From contig JAQYDG010000007.1 in the NCBI GenBank assembly GCA_028724265.1, forward strand, positions 73,982 through 137,981: a DNA stretch of 64,000 bases, given 5' to 3'. Positions 25,643 to 36,136 of the stretch are shown here, piece after piece (position 1 is the stretch's first letter; the number at the start of each line of letters is the position of its first letter). Origin of the DNA: Actinomycetaceae bacterium (GTDB lineage: Bacteria > Actinomycetota > Actinomycetes > Actinomycetales > Actinomycetaceae). The translations under genes and the position numbers were made by a program. The notes under the pieces were generated by a model, which searched no databases, was not told the DNA's origin, and worked only from the letters and a program-made list of their open reading frames with translations.

Positions 25643-28312
25643 TTACTCGTTGGGTATAGCGCTGTCAGTTCGTGATTGTCTGCGCTGTATAGCCAGCGTC
25701 ATGGCGCATCCGAGCACCACAATGCCTGCGCCCGTGAGTCCTGCACGCGTGAGGTTCGCTCCTGTGTGGGCAAGTTTGCGCGGAGTTTCAGGTGTGCCGG
25801 CTATGCTTACGGTCTGGTTGGTGTCCTTGAGATCGTGGTGAACTGCAAGGATAACGCCGTTCTCGCTCACATCCTCGAACACCACAACTTTTTGAGCTGC
25901 CAGATTGGTGGCATCGAATGGAATATGAATGATCGCGCACTCGCCAGTCTGACGCGGGGCGAACTCCGTGCTCACGGTGACGGGTTTTCCATCCTTATCC
26001 ATCACGTCGTGGCCGGTAGCCGTTTTTAACGTCGTCGTGATTTGATAGGTGTGTCCAGACTGGAAGAACCTCGTAGCCATGCACACTCGGTCTGTGACCT
26101 CCTGGTTCGGCCGCGCTTCCAGAACATGGTTCCTATCCGCCGAGTCTATGGCGGTTGTGCTCAGTTTCTGAGTGAACGGCAGAGCCTGGTTCTCATCCTG
26201 AATATCCGTGTGAACCGCGATCTCGCGCCCGTCCTGCGTCAATGTTTCAAATGCGACCGTCGTGTGACCCGCATATAAGCCGGCATCCACGGTGAATGTC
26301 ACTCGTTCCGTTCCATTCGCTGCGTGCGGTGTGAATGGGCGTGTAGCCGTGAGGGGATTCCCGTCCTTTCCAAGGAGAGGCTTACCCGTCGCCTGATCCA
26401 TCAGTGTGCCTGTCAGCGTGTACTGTTTGCCGGGTGTGAGGTTTGTGTAGGCCACCGTGTCTGTTAACGTCGTTGTGCCCTCGGCAACCACCGGCACACG
26501 CCCAGCTTTGCCCGTCAGCGTCGTATGAATACTCGGCGCGGGCGTGACGACGAACTGCTCCGCTGTGTCCGCAGTTGACGTGGTCAATGCAGCGACACGA
26601 TCGTCGCCCGCAAAGGACGCCACCACCACATACGTGCCTGGAATTGCCTTCCCTTCCGTATCAGTCTTTACCATCCACGAGGTAGAACCTTGAGAGGGAT
26701 AAAAACCGTTCCTTGCGGGTACTGAAACGGTTTCGCCGACGTGCTCTGCCTTGCTGAGGTTTTCATCCGATACCTCTGTATTCTCGGGGAAAAACAGAAG
26801 TCTTTCCTCAATCGTTGCCGTATCCGCGTGGAAACCCAGACCGCCACTGAAGCCAGGATGATCCTCGGGGAGCCCAGACACCCACACATCATCCACTAGG
26901 AACGTGCCCGACTTGGTTGAACGAATACTCAACGCGGAATCCAGGTGTGCCTTCTGGCGTACCGATGTGGTCTCGCCGGCTACCCCATACGCATCGTGCC
27001 AGCCCACATCGATTCGCCGTGCCACGGCGTTGTCCTGATCTTGAGCGCGAACCTCCCACACCCATGTGTAGAAACCTGGCCGTGCGGCCACACCAGCATC
27101 TGCGTTCAACACCTGTCCAGGGTGAGTCGCACGTACTGTGACCGAGCGTACCAATGCTGCATCCTTCGCCACGGTGTTGTGCGTGGCAGGAAGCTGCGTG
27201 GGGGATACAAAATACAGATTCGCACGGAACACAACCGGCACGAAAGATCCGTCGTCCTGCCGAATCCATTGGCCATCGCCAAATGTGGGATCGGCATTCG
27301 CCGTCAACGAATCGCGCAGATGTTCGCCCACGTTCACAACCTTTGACTCGCCTACAGACGAGACGCCCTGGGGACGAAACGAAAACACCACGCGCCATGA
27401 CGAGCCAGGTTTGGAGACCTCAGTGCTGTCGGCATGAGGACGCTCTCCATAGGTCACTGTGCCTTGGATACCAGTACCACGATCTACACGCGTGAGTGTT
27501 GTTCGCGTCATTTTTGCTTTCGCGGTGTAAGTGACGGTGCCGTTTCCTGTAGCTTTCCAGTCCAGCGTGATCGGAGTGGCGCTGCTCGTGCCCGTCCATG
27601 TCGCTTTTCCCGTTGAGCTGAACACCGCCGGCCCCGACAATGTGACCGTCAGTGGAATACCAGCCACATAAGCACCCGCATCATTCGTCACACCAATCGA
27701 ATGAATATTGCCAGTACGCGCACCCTCACCAGACACGCTTCCCACCTGATACCCAACAACAGCCGACTTCACAGCTTCCGCCCGCAACGCCTTCGCCTTC
27801 GTGAAAATCTCTGGATCGTTATCGCGGATGTAACCCTCAATCACAGGCACAAGACGAACCGTCTTCGGGCTCTCCAGATTCGCGTGAATCAGCCACGAGA
27901 TCCCTGCGGCCGTCAAAGAATCCAAGTGATGGCCATACTTGTCCAACAACCACGCAATCTGTGGCGTCGTCATCTCCCAACCCGATACATGCGGCGTTGC
28001 CTTGCTCAGTGTAGATACGGACACAACAGGTTTACCCTTTGCGGAGGGAACACCGGCCTGAATGCACCACGTTGGCTCACCGTCCACAAATTCTTTTTCT
28101 GTGCCAAACCACATCCAGCCGCCGGAAAAGTTCCCCACAGCCAAACCGACCCCCTCCGGGCCATTCGGATCAGGCGATGAATCTTGCACCGCAGCGTGGG
28201 CTGGTGGTGCTAAAGGTGCAAAAAAGCTCAGGCACAGAACGGCAAGACTCAACAAACTCAACATAGCTGCCCATACCTTGCGATCACCGCCATGTGGTAC
28301 GCGAACATTCAT
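25643..28312 (-). CDS. LAxTG-anchored surface adhesin with a TQXA/thioester-like N-domain and two Thr-Gln ester-bond (VaFE-type) repeat domains
   Basis: A signal peptide follows M at 28312, with GAGGAG 7 nt upstream. The sorting signal LAHTG (25760-25774) is followed by a hydrophobic stretch and an RRQSR tail. HxDxxDxxQ motifs occur at 26186-26212 (HTDIQDENQ) and 25814-25840 (HHDLKDTNQ), each preceded by VAFE or VVFE. The N-domain contains TWCIQAG and TPQIAW. Confidence 0.85.
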   Translation of the reverse strand: MNVRVPHGGDRKVWAAMLSLLSLAVLCLSFFAPLAPPAHAAVQDSSPDPNGPEGVGLAVGNFSGGWMWFGTEKEFVDGEPTWCIQAGVPSAKGKPVVSVSTLSKATPHVSGWEMTTPQIAWLLDKYGHHLDSLTAAGISWLIHANLESPKTVRLVPVIEGYIRDNDPEIFTKAKALRAEAVKSAVVGYQVGSVSGEGARTGNIHSIGVTNDAGAYVAGIPLTVTLSGPAVFSSTGKATWTGTSSATPITLDWKATGNGTVTYTAKAKMTRTTLTRVDRGTGIQGTVTYGERPHADSTEVSKPGSSWRVVFSFRPQGVSSVGESKVVNVGEHLRDSLTANADPTFGDGQWIRQDDGSFVPVVFRANLYFVSPTQLPATHNTVAKDAALVRSVTVRATHPGQVLNADAGVAARPGFYTWVWEVRAQDQDNAVARRIDVGWHDAYGVAGETTSVRQKAHLDSALSIRSTKSGTFLVDDVWVSGLPEDHPGFSGGLGFHADTATIEERLLFFPENTEVSDENLSKAEHVGETVSVPARNGFYPSQGSTSWMVKTDTEGKAIPGTYVVVASFAGDDRVAALTTSTADTAEQFVVTPAPSIHTTLTGKAGRVPVVAEGTTTLTDTVAYTNLTPGKQYTLTGTLMDQATGKPLLGKDGNPLTATRPFTPHAANGTERVTFTVDAGLYAGHTTVAFETLTQDGREIAVHTDIQDENQALPFTQKLSTTAIDSADRNHVLEARPNQEVTDRVCMATRFFQSGHTYQITTTLKTATGHDVMDKDGKPVTVSTEFAPRQTGECAIIHIPFDATNLAAQKVVVFEDVSENGVILAVHHDLKDTNQTVSIAGTPETPRKLAHTGANLTRAGLTGAGIVVLGCAMTLAIQRRQSRTDSAIPNE

Positions 28313-28745
28313 TGAAAACTCCTCACATTGTTTATCCATGGTGTGAAGAACAAGTGAGAATGACAGGCGTTGAAGCGAAGCCTCGGAGCCACAGCACCTG
28401 CCTGATGTCACATGTTCCGGTGCTTTGACGCTAAAGGAGGCGGCAATCGGCCTCCATTCACGAACACGAGATAGTGGATACGGGGTGCCTCATCGGTTGT
28501 TGTGGATCGCTCGTATGTGCGGCGCGCTGATGGTGCTGTGAAGATGTCACCAATCCCCAGAGCCCTCCTGTCAGTGGGGGCTCGCCGATCCGCACAGTCT
28601 GGTTGTCCCCTCAGCTTGGGAGAGGCTCAGCCAGCAACTCGTCATCGAAAGACAGTTCATCTGCATCGTGAGTGATCCGAGCGTGGCATAAAATAGAGAG
28701 CGATCATCGCTCGTTTGAGTTTTTTCGCTGCGCTGGAGTGTTCGT

Positions 28746-29348
28746 ATGGCTAATGTGTCCCCCGAAAATTCACGGGAACGGTATCAACGGCGAATTCAGC
28801 AACGCCAGACCATCATCTTTGGGTCGATGGCGGCGCTTCTTATCATCATGCTCGTTGCAGCGTTGCTGGTGTGGTCGGGAATTGTTCCTGCTCCGATCAC
28901 GCGGAATTTCTCCGAAGGTTCGACGCGTACCAACCTGAACACGCCGTGTATAGCAGCGGGAACGAAGCCTGTTGAGCCGGCGGAGATCACCGTCAACGTC
29001 TATAACTCCACGAGTCGGGCTGGCTTGGCGGAATCGGTGAGTGCGGAGCTCAAAGGCCGCAAAATTATCGTTGGGAAAACCGGCAATTGGAGTGGTCAGA
29101 ATCTTGCAGAGCCGGCGCGATTTATCGTAGGAGCGCAAGGGGTCGCAGCCGCCTACACCCTAGCGCAGTATGTGCCGGATTCAGTGATTGAATATTCGCC
29201 TGACGAGGCATCAGCAACGGTGACGATGGTTCTTGGTGCAGGGTACGAATCGTTGATGACGGCCGATCAAATGAAAGCGGCCAACCCTGACGGCGTGCTG
29301 ACGCCCATTGAAGGATGCACCGTCAACGTCGATGCAAAAGCGAGCTAG
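28746..29348 (+). CDS. LytR_C (cell-envelope-related attenuator C-terminal) domain membrane protein
   Basis: A single N-terminal TM segment is followed by the VNVYNSTSRAGLAESVSAELKGRKIIVGKTGNW block typical of LytR_C domains. Confidence 0.7.
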   Translation: MANVSPENSRERYQRRIQQRQTIIFGSMAALLIIMLVAALLVWSGIVPAPITRNFSEGSTRTNLNTPCIAAGTKPVEPAEITVNVYNSTSRAGLAESVSAELKGRKIIVGKTGNWSGQNLAEPARFIVGAQGVAAAYTLAQYVPDSVIEYSPDEASATVTMVLGAGYESLMTADQMKAANPDGVLTPIEGCTVNVDAKAS

Positions 29349-29477
29349 CTTTCACGGGGTGAGCCCGAATGACGACGAACAAGCGCGACTGAGGGCGTAA
29401 CATTTGCTTGCCGTGACCGCCACGTGACGAGAGCAGAGCCAGCGGCGAACTCAGGACGGTATGAGCGTTATGGGCAC

Positions 29478-30104
29478 TTATGAACGCGTCACCGTGCGTG
29501 GTTCAGCTGCATTCGCGTCGAATGTGAGCCCATGAAAGTTTCGCGCCTGCGCGAGGGCTGATTGCCATTCCAGTGATGCCGGCGCGGTGGTTTCGCGCAT
29601 AAAGTATTGCAGAACCTGGGCAGTCACGTAGGCATCGTCAAGTGCTGAGTGCGCATGCTGGTTTGTCAGCCCTAGATGGTCAGTGACGCTTTTCAAGCTG
29701 TAGGAGGGAAGCTGCAAATAGTGGCGTGCCAGCTGAAGCGTATCGAGGTATGGGAGTTGGGGTGTGGATAAATTGCCGCATGCTGTGAACTGATAAGCAG
29801 TGAACTGCGCATCAAATCGAGCATTGTGAGCCACGAATACTGTGGAGTCCAGCTGCTGAGCGAAGAAGTCTGCGACGTCGGCGAAAACGGGAGCGTCAGC
29901 AACAGCGTCATCGGTGATTCCATGGATTTCTGTGGCTGCCACCGTTCGTTCAGGGTTGACGAGGGTCTGCCATGTGTGGCCGATTGTGCCGTCGGGATCA
30001 ACGTGGACAAGCCCGATTTCCAGGATTCGATCGCCTTTGAGGAACGAGAGCCCTGTCGTTTCCAGATCGACAACAGAATATCCACTCATAGTTGGTGTGT
30101 GCAC
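29478..30104 (-). CDS. DEDDh 3'-5' exonuclease (DnaQ/epsilon-like, stand-alone)
   Basis: ExoI VVDLETTGL, ExoII FVAHNARFD and ExoIII HSALDDA motifs are all present. Confidence 0.85.
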   Translation of the reverse strand: MHTPTMSGYSVVDLETTGLSFLKGDRILEIGLVHVDPDGTIGHTWQTLVNPERTVAATEIHGITDDAVADAPVFADVADFFAQQLDSTVFVAHNARFDAQFTAYQFTACGNLSTPQLPYLDTLQLARHYLQLPSYSLKSVTDHLGLTNQHAHSALDDAYVTAQVLQYFMRETTAPASLEWQSALAQARNFHGLTFDANAAEPRTVTRS

Positions 30105-30248
30105 TTCTTTCGTATCGAGTGTGGTAAGCAGTTCGAGTGTGTGGGTGTCACGCCCTGTATTAATGCCATATCAGCGGTGAAGCTACCGAAGGTGGAGCTA
30201 CCGAAACGGGGTAATCATTCCGCTGTGAGGATCCACGCCGCTACGCCG

Positions 30249-31817
30249 CTAAAAGGCACGCGGGCGTGTCAGCCGGCTCAATGGGTTGAACCACGGGGTT
30301 GTGGCGTGCGCTGTGGATTGAGTGGGTGCGCCGGCGCGAGCCGCTTTATCACGAGCCTTGCCACGCTGTGCAGCCTTCGCGCGATGTGTAGCCTTGCTGT
30401 GAGGCGCACTCGCACGATCGTAAGCCGCCGTATCGTAGGTTGCTCGGGCACGGTGTGTGCCGGTGTGGTCTGTTCCGGTGTGGCCGATTCCCTCAGCTTC
30501 GATTGCCTTACGAACCCAGGTGGCTGTCAGATTATTGGTCAGCGCGTCCACGGCCAGTGCACTGCCGATGGCGACCATCATCTTGGCCTGAGTGCCGGAT
30601 CGACTCCACCGACGAATGCCAGCCCAGCCGAGTAGCGCGCCAACACCTACTTCCAGGGCGCCAACCCCGATCAGAATACGTGGATGAGCCAGCACAACTG
30701 TGCGGTATGCTGCCCAAAATCCCGGGTATGCCCGTCCTTCACCGCTCACTTCGTAAGCCACTGAACGGCGAGTGCGATCCGCGAGGTTTTCCGGCAAGAA
30801 TGTGTGTGAGTGTTCGATCTCAGCCATAGGAAAATGACCGAGCAGCGCATCTTCAATAAAAGGATCGAGCCCCAGTACTGCGATCAGTGCGGCAGATCCG
30901 TCCTTTCGGGGAGCGGTGAGGGCATCGCTCAGTGCTTGCGCATCAACGTCGAGCTTATCGGCAAGATAATGTGCCCACGCCTGAGCACCGAAGGTGTCCT
31001 CAACGAATTGAGTAGCAGCGGCATCGGTATCCACCCAGGATGCTGCACGAAAGTCGTCATCCCACTCCCAGTCTGGGAGTTCCCTGCCCTCTGCGTGGAG
31101 CCGCGGATAAACGTCGGCATCCTGTGCAACGGGCTTTGCTTCACGCGCGTCGTGTGGATCGGGCGCCGGCTGGGAGCCCTCTCCCGCATGTAATGTCAGC
31201 GTGACGCCCCAGGATGCCCCTGTAGGTTTGTCGAGGTATGCCTTGGCTATTGCAGCCCGCGCGTTCTTCAGTTTGACGATGGTGACCGGGACTTTCAAAC
31301 TGGCGGCAAGTCCTGGTGCTTGCGCCATCGTCATCGGCGAAATCAGCATACTAGGCAGCGCGGGAGGGCGATCGTCATCGGATACCTCATCTTCGTCTTC
31401 TGAAGAATCTTCGCTGGATCCCAGAATTTCGGTGGGCGCTTCAAGAGAGGTGGGCGCTTGAAGAGAAGCGTCGATATCGTCAGCCACGTCAACCTCACCG
31501 AAGCCGTATGTGCTTTCAACCGCATCGCCGGCAAACTCCACCCGCACCTTGTTCAGATCGCGTTTGAGCGCGTTCATGAACTCGCCTAAGGTCATTCCTT
31601 CGCTGACCTCGCCATCGTCACCCATCACAGCGAGATGTTTGCGCAGGCCTGTCACGGCCACTTCGATCTGAACGGTGAGGCTTGATTCGGATTCGTCCGC
31701 AGTGCGATATCGCGCAAGGATGCGCTGGTCGGCGAACCAGGAGGCTGTTTTCTCCATATCGGTCAGAGTAGTATCCCACAGATGAAGATGGCCTCGGATC
31801 GGTTTCCAGTCTGCCAT
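30249..31817 (-). CDS. Hypothetical membrane-associated protein (acidic linker, 2 predicted C-terminal TM segments, basic tail)
   Basis: The 522-aa ORF has strong AAGGAG 6 nt upstream of the ATG at 31817. I recognise no catalytic motif. Confidence 0.65.
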   Translation of the reverse strand: MADWKPIRGHLHLWDTTLTDMEKTASWFADQRILARYRTADESESSLTVQIEVAVTGLRKHLAVMGDDGEVSEGMTLGEFMNALKRDLNKVRVEFAGDAVESTYGFGEVDVADDIDASLQAPTSLEAPTEILGSSEDSSEDEDEVSDDDRPPALPSMLISPMTMAQAPGLAASLKVPVTIVKLKNARAAIAKAYLDKPTGASWGVTLTLHAGEGSQPAPDPHDAREAKPVAQDADVYPRLHAEGRELPDWEWDDDFRAASWVDTDAAATQFVEDTFGAQAWAHYLADKLDVDAQALSDALTAPRKDGSAALIAVLGLDPFIEDALLGHFPMAEIEHSHTFLPENLADRTRRSVAYEVSGEGRAYPGFWAAYRTVVLAHPRILIGVGALEVGVGALLGWAGIRRWSRSGTQAKMMVAIGSALAVDALTNNLTATWVRKAIEAEGIGHTGTDHTGTHRARATYDTAAYDRASAPHSKATHRAKAAQRGKARDKAARAGAPTQSTAHATTPWFNPLSRLTRPRAF

Positions 31818-31886
31818 GGCGGCTCCTTACTCAAGGAAGAGGTGTTGAGAGTGGCGAAGAACAAGTGGCGAAGTGGGCGACTCGTG

Positions 31887-32927
31887 TTACGACGTGCGAA
31901 CGGCTCGCAGGCGGTCGATTTGATAGAGCGCAATCCCAGCAGCAACTGCGGCATTCAAGGATTCCATGCGCGAGGCGATCGGAATAGATGCGCGGGTATC
32001 GCATGTTTCGCGTACAAGGCGTCCCATGCCTTTCCCTTCGCTGCCAACCACCAGCACAAGCGGTGCATCCACCAGTTCCAGCCGGTCTATTGACGTATCG
32101 CCGGCGCCGTCGAGGCCAACAACGAAATATCCGTCTGCTTGCAGACGCTTCAGTGACGTGACGAGATTTGCCTCGCGCGCCACGGGCACGTGTGCAGCGG
32201 CTCCTGCCGACGTCTTCCATACGGTGGCGTTCACCCCAGCCGAGCGCCGTTCGGGAATGAGCACTCCGTCAGCATGGAAGGCACTCGCGCTGCGCAGCAC
32301 CGCCCCGAGATTGTGGGGGTCGGTCACGGAATCTAGAGCAACGATCAGCCCTGGCTGGCCATCCGTGCGTGCTGAGCTGGCTTGTTCGAGATCGTCCAGA
32401 TCGGCATAGGTGTAGGGAGGTACTTCAATGACGATGCCCTGGTGTACGGCGTTGTCGGTGAGCCGATCCAGCTGTGTGTGGGTCGCTTCCAGGACGGGTG
32501 CTCCGTTAGCTGAGGCGGCCTGCACGATTTCAGAGAGCCGATCGTCGTGGACAGAGGCGCCATTGAGGAAAACTCGCGCAATCGGTACACCGGCGTGGAC
32601 TGCTTCAATCACAGGATTGCGGCCTGCGATCGCCTCGTATCCCCGGCGGATTACGAGTGAACGCGGATGCGAAAGACGGTAGCGTTCTTGGGCTGCGGCC
32701 TGACGGTGTTCGTTCACCTCGCGTTCTTGCTTGGCCGTATAGGCGGCATGATATGGCCGATTCTCGGCTTTCGGCGTGGGTCCTTTGCCTTCAAGGCGGT
32801 GGCTCCGTTTGCCGCCGCTGCCGACTTTTTTGCGCGAGGGATGTCCGCTGGTGCGGGTAGTGGTGCGTCCTGATGGGCGTGCCGTGCTGCGCCGCGCACT
32901 ATTGCTGCCCTTGCGTTGTCCTGCCAT
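31887..32927 (-). CDS. rlmB: 23S rRNA 2'-O-methyltransferase RlmB (SpoU/TrmH family) with a basic N-terminal tail
   Basis: The SpoU blocks VALDSVTDPHNLGAVLRSA and LVVGSEGKGM...IPI...SLNAAVAAGIALY are present. The ATG at 32927 has an AGAGGA site upstream. Confidence 0.85.
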   Translation of the reverse strand: MAGQRKGSNSARRSTARPSGRTTTRTSGHPSRKKVGSGGKRSHRLEGKGPTPKAENRPYHAAYTAKQEREVNEHRQAAAQERYRLSHPRSLVIRRGYEAIAGRNPVIEAVHAGVPIARVFLNGASVHDDRLSEIVQAASANGAPVLEATHTQLDRLTDNAVHQGIVIEVPPYTYADLDDLEQASSARTDGQPGLIVALDSVTDPHNLGAVLRSASAFHADGVLIPERRSAGVNATVWKTSAGAAAHVPVAREANLVTSLKRLQADGYFVVGLDGAGDTSIDRLELVDAPLVLVVGSEGKGMGRLVRETCDTRASIPIASRMESLNAAVAAGIALYQIDRLRAVRTS

Positions 32928-33040
32928 TGATATCCTCTGTTGTGCCTCGGTTGTGTTGCGTGTGTGCCTTGGTCTTGATCGATGCACGGCCTTCCGGATG
33001 TTGCTTTATGTTGCTTTCCGCATACGAGAGCCGTGACGCG

Positions 33041-34465
33041 CTACGCGACATGCCAGTGAACTTGCTGCGCAGAATCCTCAACCACGATCCCAGCCTGGGT
33101 GAGCGTCGAGCGGATGCCATCGGCAACATCCCAGTTCTTTTCCTCTCGTGCCTGTGCCCGCCGTTCAAGTAATGCATCAACCACAGTGGAGAGGGCATTC
33201 TGCGTGTCCGCCTCCACCGTCTGATCATCACGCCACGGTCTGGCCAGAGGGTCTAAACCGAGAACATCCAGCATAGCGCGGACTCGCTTTTGTGCCAGTC
33301 GTGTGCGGGAGGCGTCGGATTCTGCAAGTGCCGTATTCCCCGCACTCAGCTCCTCGTAAACCGTGGCCAGCGCTCCAGCTACGTTCAGATCGTCATCCAT
33401 CGCATCGCGGAAGGATTCGGGATAATCATCGGCCCTCATCTCGGCGAGCTCGTCCGACGGGACTTCCCCATACTTATCGGCTGCGCGCTTGACGAATCCA
33501 GCCATCTTGTTCCATTGGTTGGCTGCGTTGGCAAGCGTAGCGTCCGAATAAGCAACGGTGGATCGATAATGAACCGTGCTGAGCGCAAAACGCAGTATTG
33601 CAGCCGGTACGCTTTTGACGAGTTCTTGGACAATCAACGAGTTTCCTAAGGACTTACTCATTTTCTCGCCGTCGATCGTCACCCACGCGTTGTGCATCCA
33701 ATAGCGGGCGAACTCCCGGCCTGCAGCATGGGATTGAGCCTGCTCGTTCTCGTGGTGGGGGAAACGAAGATCGATACCGCCCGCGTGAATATCGAACGAG
33801 CTGCCCAGATAGCGGCCGCTCATCGTGGAGCATTCAATGTGCCACCCCGGCCTGCCTCGTCCCCACGGAGTGTCCCACGCAGCATCGTGAGGTTCGGTTG
33901 GTTTTGCCGCCTTCCACAGCGCAAAGTCGTGCGGGTTGCGCTTATCGGGCTCCATATCGGATTGGTCTACCGTCATATCGGAGACGTTCTGATGGGTGAG
34001 TGATCCGTAGTCGGGCAGCGACGCGACATCGAAATACACGTTGCCGGGGTTACCCACATACGCATGACCGGCGTCAATGATGCTGTGAATAAGTTCGATC
34101 ATCTGGGGAATATGCCCGGTGGCGCGAGGCTCATACGTGGGCGGAAGCACGCCCAGAATGTTGTAGGCATCGGTAAACTCGCGCTCAAACCTGTAGGCCC
34201 ATGCCCACCACGGTTGGCCAGCCTCAGCGGATTTTGCCAAGATCTTATCGTCAATATCGGTGACGTTACGAACCAGCGTCACGTCATATCCAGAGCGCGT
34301 CAGCCAACGTCGAAGCACATCGAAGGCCACCGCAGAACGCATATGGCCAATATGCGGTGAACCCTGCACAGTTGCCCCACACAGGTAAATGCCGACTTTA
34401 CCTGGTTCAAGGGGGTGGAACTCGCGCAGTTCCCGGCTTTTCGAATCGTAAACTGAAATGCTCAC
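33041..34465 (-). CDS. cysS: Cysteine--tRNA ligase
   Basis: HIGH (SPHIGHMRS) and KMSKS motifs are present, with class I CysRS layout. The start codon is GTG. Confidence 0.95.
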   Translation of the reverse strand: MSISVYDSKSRELREFHPLEPGKVGIYLCGATVQGSPHIGHMRSAVAFDVLRRWLTRSGYDVTLVRNVTDIDDKILAKSAEAGQPWWAWAYRFEREFTDAYNILGVLPPTYEPRATGHIPQMIELIHSIIDAGHAYVGNPGNVYFDVASLPDYGSLTHQNVSDMTVDQSDMEPDKRNPHDFALWKAAKPTEPHDAAWDTPWGRGRPGWHIECSTMSGRYLGSSFDIHAGGIDLRFPHHENEQAQSHAAGREFARYWMHNAWVTIDGEKMSKSLGNSLIVQELVKSVPAAILRFALSTVHYRSTVAYSDATLANAANQWNKMAGFVKRAADKYGEVPSDELAEMRADDYPESFRDAMDDDLNVAGALATVYEELSAGNTALAESDASRTRLAQKRVRAMLDVLGLDPLARPWRDDQTVEADTQNALSTVVDALLERRAQAREEKNWDVADGIRSTLTQAGIVVEDSAQQVHWHVA

Positions 34466-34664
34466 GCTCTAATCTTAACAACCGGAAGCGAAAAAATGAC
34501 TGCCCCGTGTTGCACTGCTCTTTTCTTGATCATCCCTAGGTAGTAATGCTGAAATCAGCGGTCCAAACCATATGAATGTTTTGCGCCCATATGATCAGTG
34601 TACGTGGTGGCTGCCTCGCGAGCTGGCTTACCCGAATTTAACGCGGGCACTATATCGTAGACGT

Positions 34665-36041
34665 ATGGAACAAAGTCAGACTGACGGGCGTAGGCTCTCC
34701 TCCCGCTTCGGCTTCATCAACGGTGATGTGCTGAGCTGGGCGTTATGGGATTGGGCAACATCCGCATTTAGTTCTGTTGTTGTGACGTTTCTATTCGCCG
34801 CGTATCTGACGAATAAGGATCTTTTCGGCGCATCGGCCAACACGGATTTGGGGTGGGCGGACGCGATTGCTGGCATCGTGGTGGCGCTGATAGCGCCGGC
34901 GGTGGGCGAGTGGACGGACAAATCCGGGAAGCGGAAGACAGTGATCGTGCTGACCTCGCTCATTGTGGGCGTGAGCGTACTCGGCATGTTTTGGGTTACT
35001 CCGCATTCTGGTTTGCTGCTTGGCTTAGTTCTGCTCGGCGTGGGCAATGTGGCTCTTGAGTGTGGCTCAGTTGTGTACAACGCCATGGTGGGTGACGTGT
35101 CAACTGAAAAGACGGTTGGCAGAGTATCTGGCTTCGGCTGGGGCCTCGGCTACGTGGCGGGGATCGTCCTCCTGCTTGTGCTGTATCTCAGCTTTATCTC
35201 CCCTCAGGTTGGTCTGTTTGGCGTGACGAGCCACAACGGCATGGACGTGCGTATTTCGATGGTCGTCACAGGTGCGTGGATTCTTGTGTTCGCCCTGCCG
35301 TTGATGATAAAAACGCATAACGCCCCACCAGTTGCTAGGCGTAATCGTGGTGTGGCCGGTGCGTATCGGGAAGTGTTCCGTGCGATACGTCGATTTTGGC
35401 GCACTGACCGCAGCGTGGTGTGGTTCTTGCTGTCTTCCGCGATCTATCGGGATGGCTTAGCGGGTGTGTTTAGCTTCGGCGGTGTGCTTGCGGGTGTTGT
35501 TTTCGGATTCTCTGCCGAGCAGGTGATGGTTTTCGGTATTGCCGCCAACGTTGTTGCGGGTATTGCCACTATCCTTTTCGGCAGGCTGGATGACCGTATC
35601 GGATCAGCGAAGGTTATTCTTATTTCGCTTGTGAGCCTGTTGATCGCGGGCGGCGCTGTATTCCTGTTCCATGACGGTGGCCAGGCGGTGTTCTGGGTTT
35701 TTGGTTTGCTCCTGTGCATATTCGTTGGGCCAGCGCAGAGCGCGTCGAGGACGTATCTGATTCGTATCGCGCCGGATAACATGGAAGGCGAATTGTTTGG
35801 GCTTTACGCAACCACCGGCCGGGTGATCTCGTTTCTTGCCCCGATGATGTATTCCACAGCAATTCTGCTTGCCGCAGCTGCGATGGGGCGCACGAAGGAT
35901 CAGGTGGCCTATTTCGGGATTCTCGGTATCATGCTGGTGCTGCTCGCAGGCTTGCTCACGTTCCTCCCGTTGCTTCGCGCCTCGAATTCGTCGCAGGCAG
36001 ATGGCGCTTCGACCAGTACGGAGGATGCTGCGCGCATATAG
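34665..36041 (+). CDS. MFS transporter (UMF1/Atg22-like family)
   Basis: The N-terminal WALWDWATSAFSSVVVTF block and about 12 TM segments are present. The start is uncertain, and the longest ORF begins at 34572. Confidence 0.75.
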   Translation: MEQSQTDGRRLSSRFGFINGDVLSWALWDWATSAFSSVVVTFLFAAYLTNKDLFGASANTDLGWADAIAGIVVALIAPAVGEWTDKSGKRKTVIVLTSLIVGVSVLGMFWVTPHSGLLLGLVLLGVGNVALECGSVVYNAMVGDVSTEKTVGRVSGFGWGLGYVAGIVLLLVLYLSFISPQVGLFGVTSHNGMDVRISMVVTGAWILVFALPLMIKTHNAPPVARRNRGVAGAYREVFRAIRRFWRTDRSVVWFLLSSAIYRDGLAGVFSFGGVLAGVVFGFSAEQVMVFGIAANVVAGIATILFGRLDDRIGSAKVILISLVSLLIAGGAVFLFHDGGQAVFWVFGLLLCIFVGPAQSASRTYLIRIAPDNMEGELFGLYATTGRVISFLAPMMYSTAILLAAAAMGRTKDQVAYFGILGIMLVLLAGLLTFLPLLRASNSSQADGASTSTEDAARI

Positions 36042-36136
36042 ATCGCGTATTAATCGCGCATGTTGATGCGGCAGGTATGCGGATGCGGCAGGGATGCGAG
36101 GCGTGACGGGGCTGTGGTCAGAAAAGCGTATGGCGG

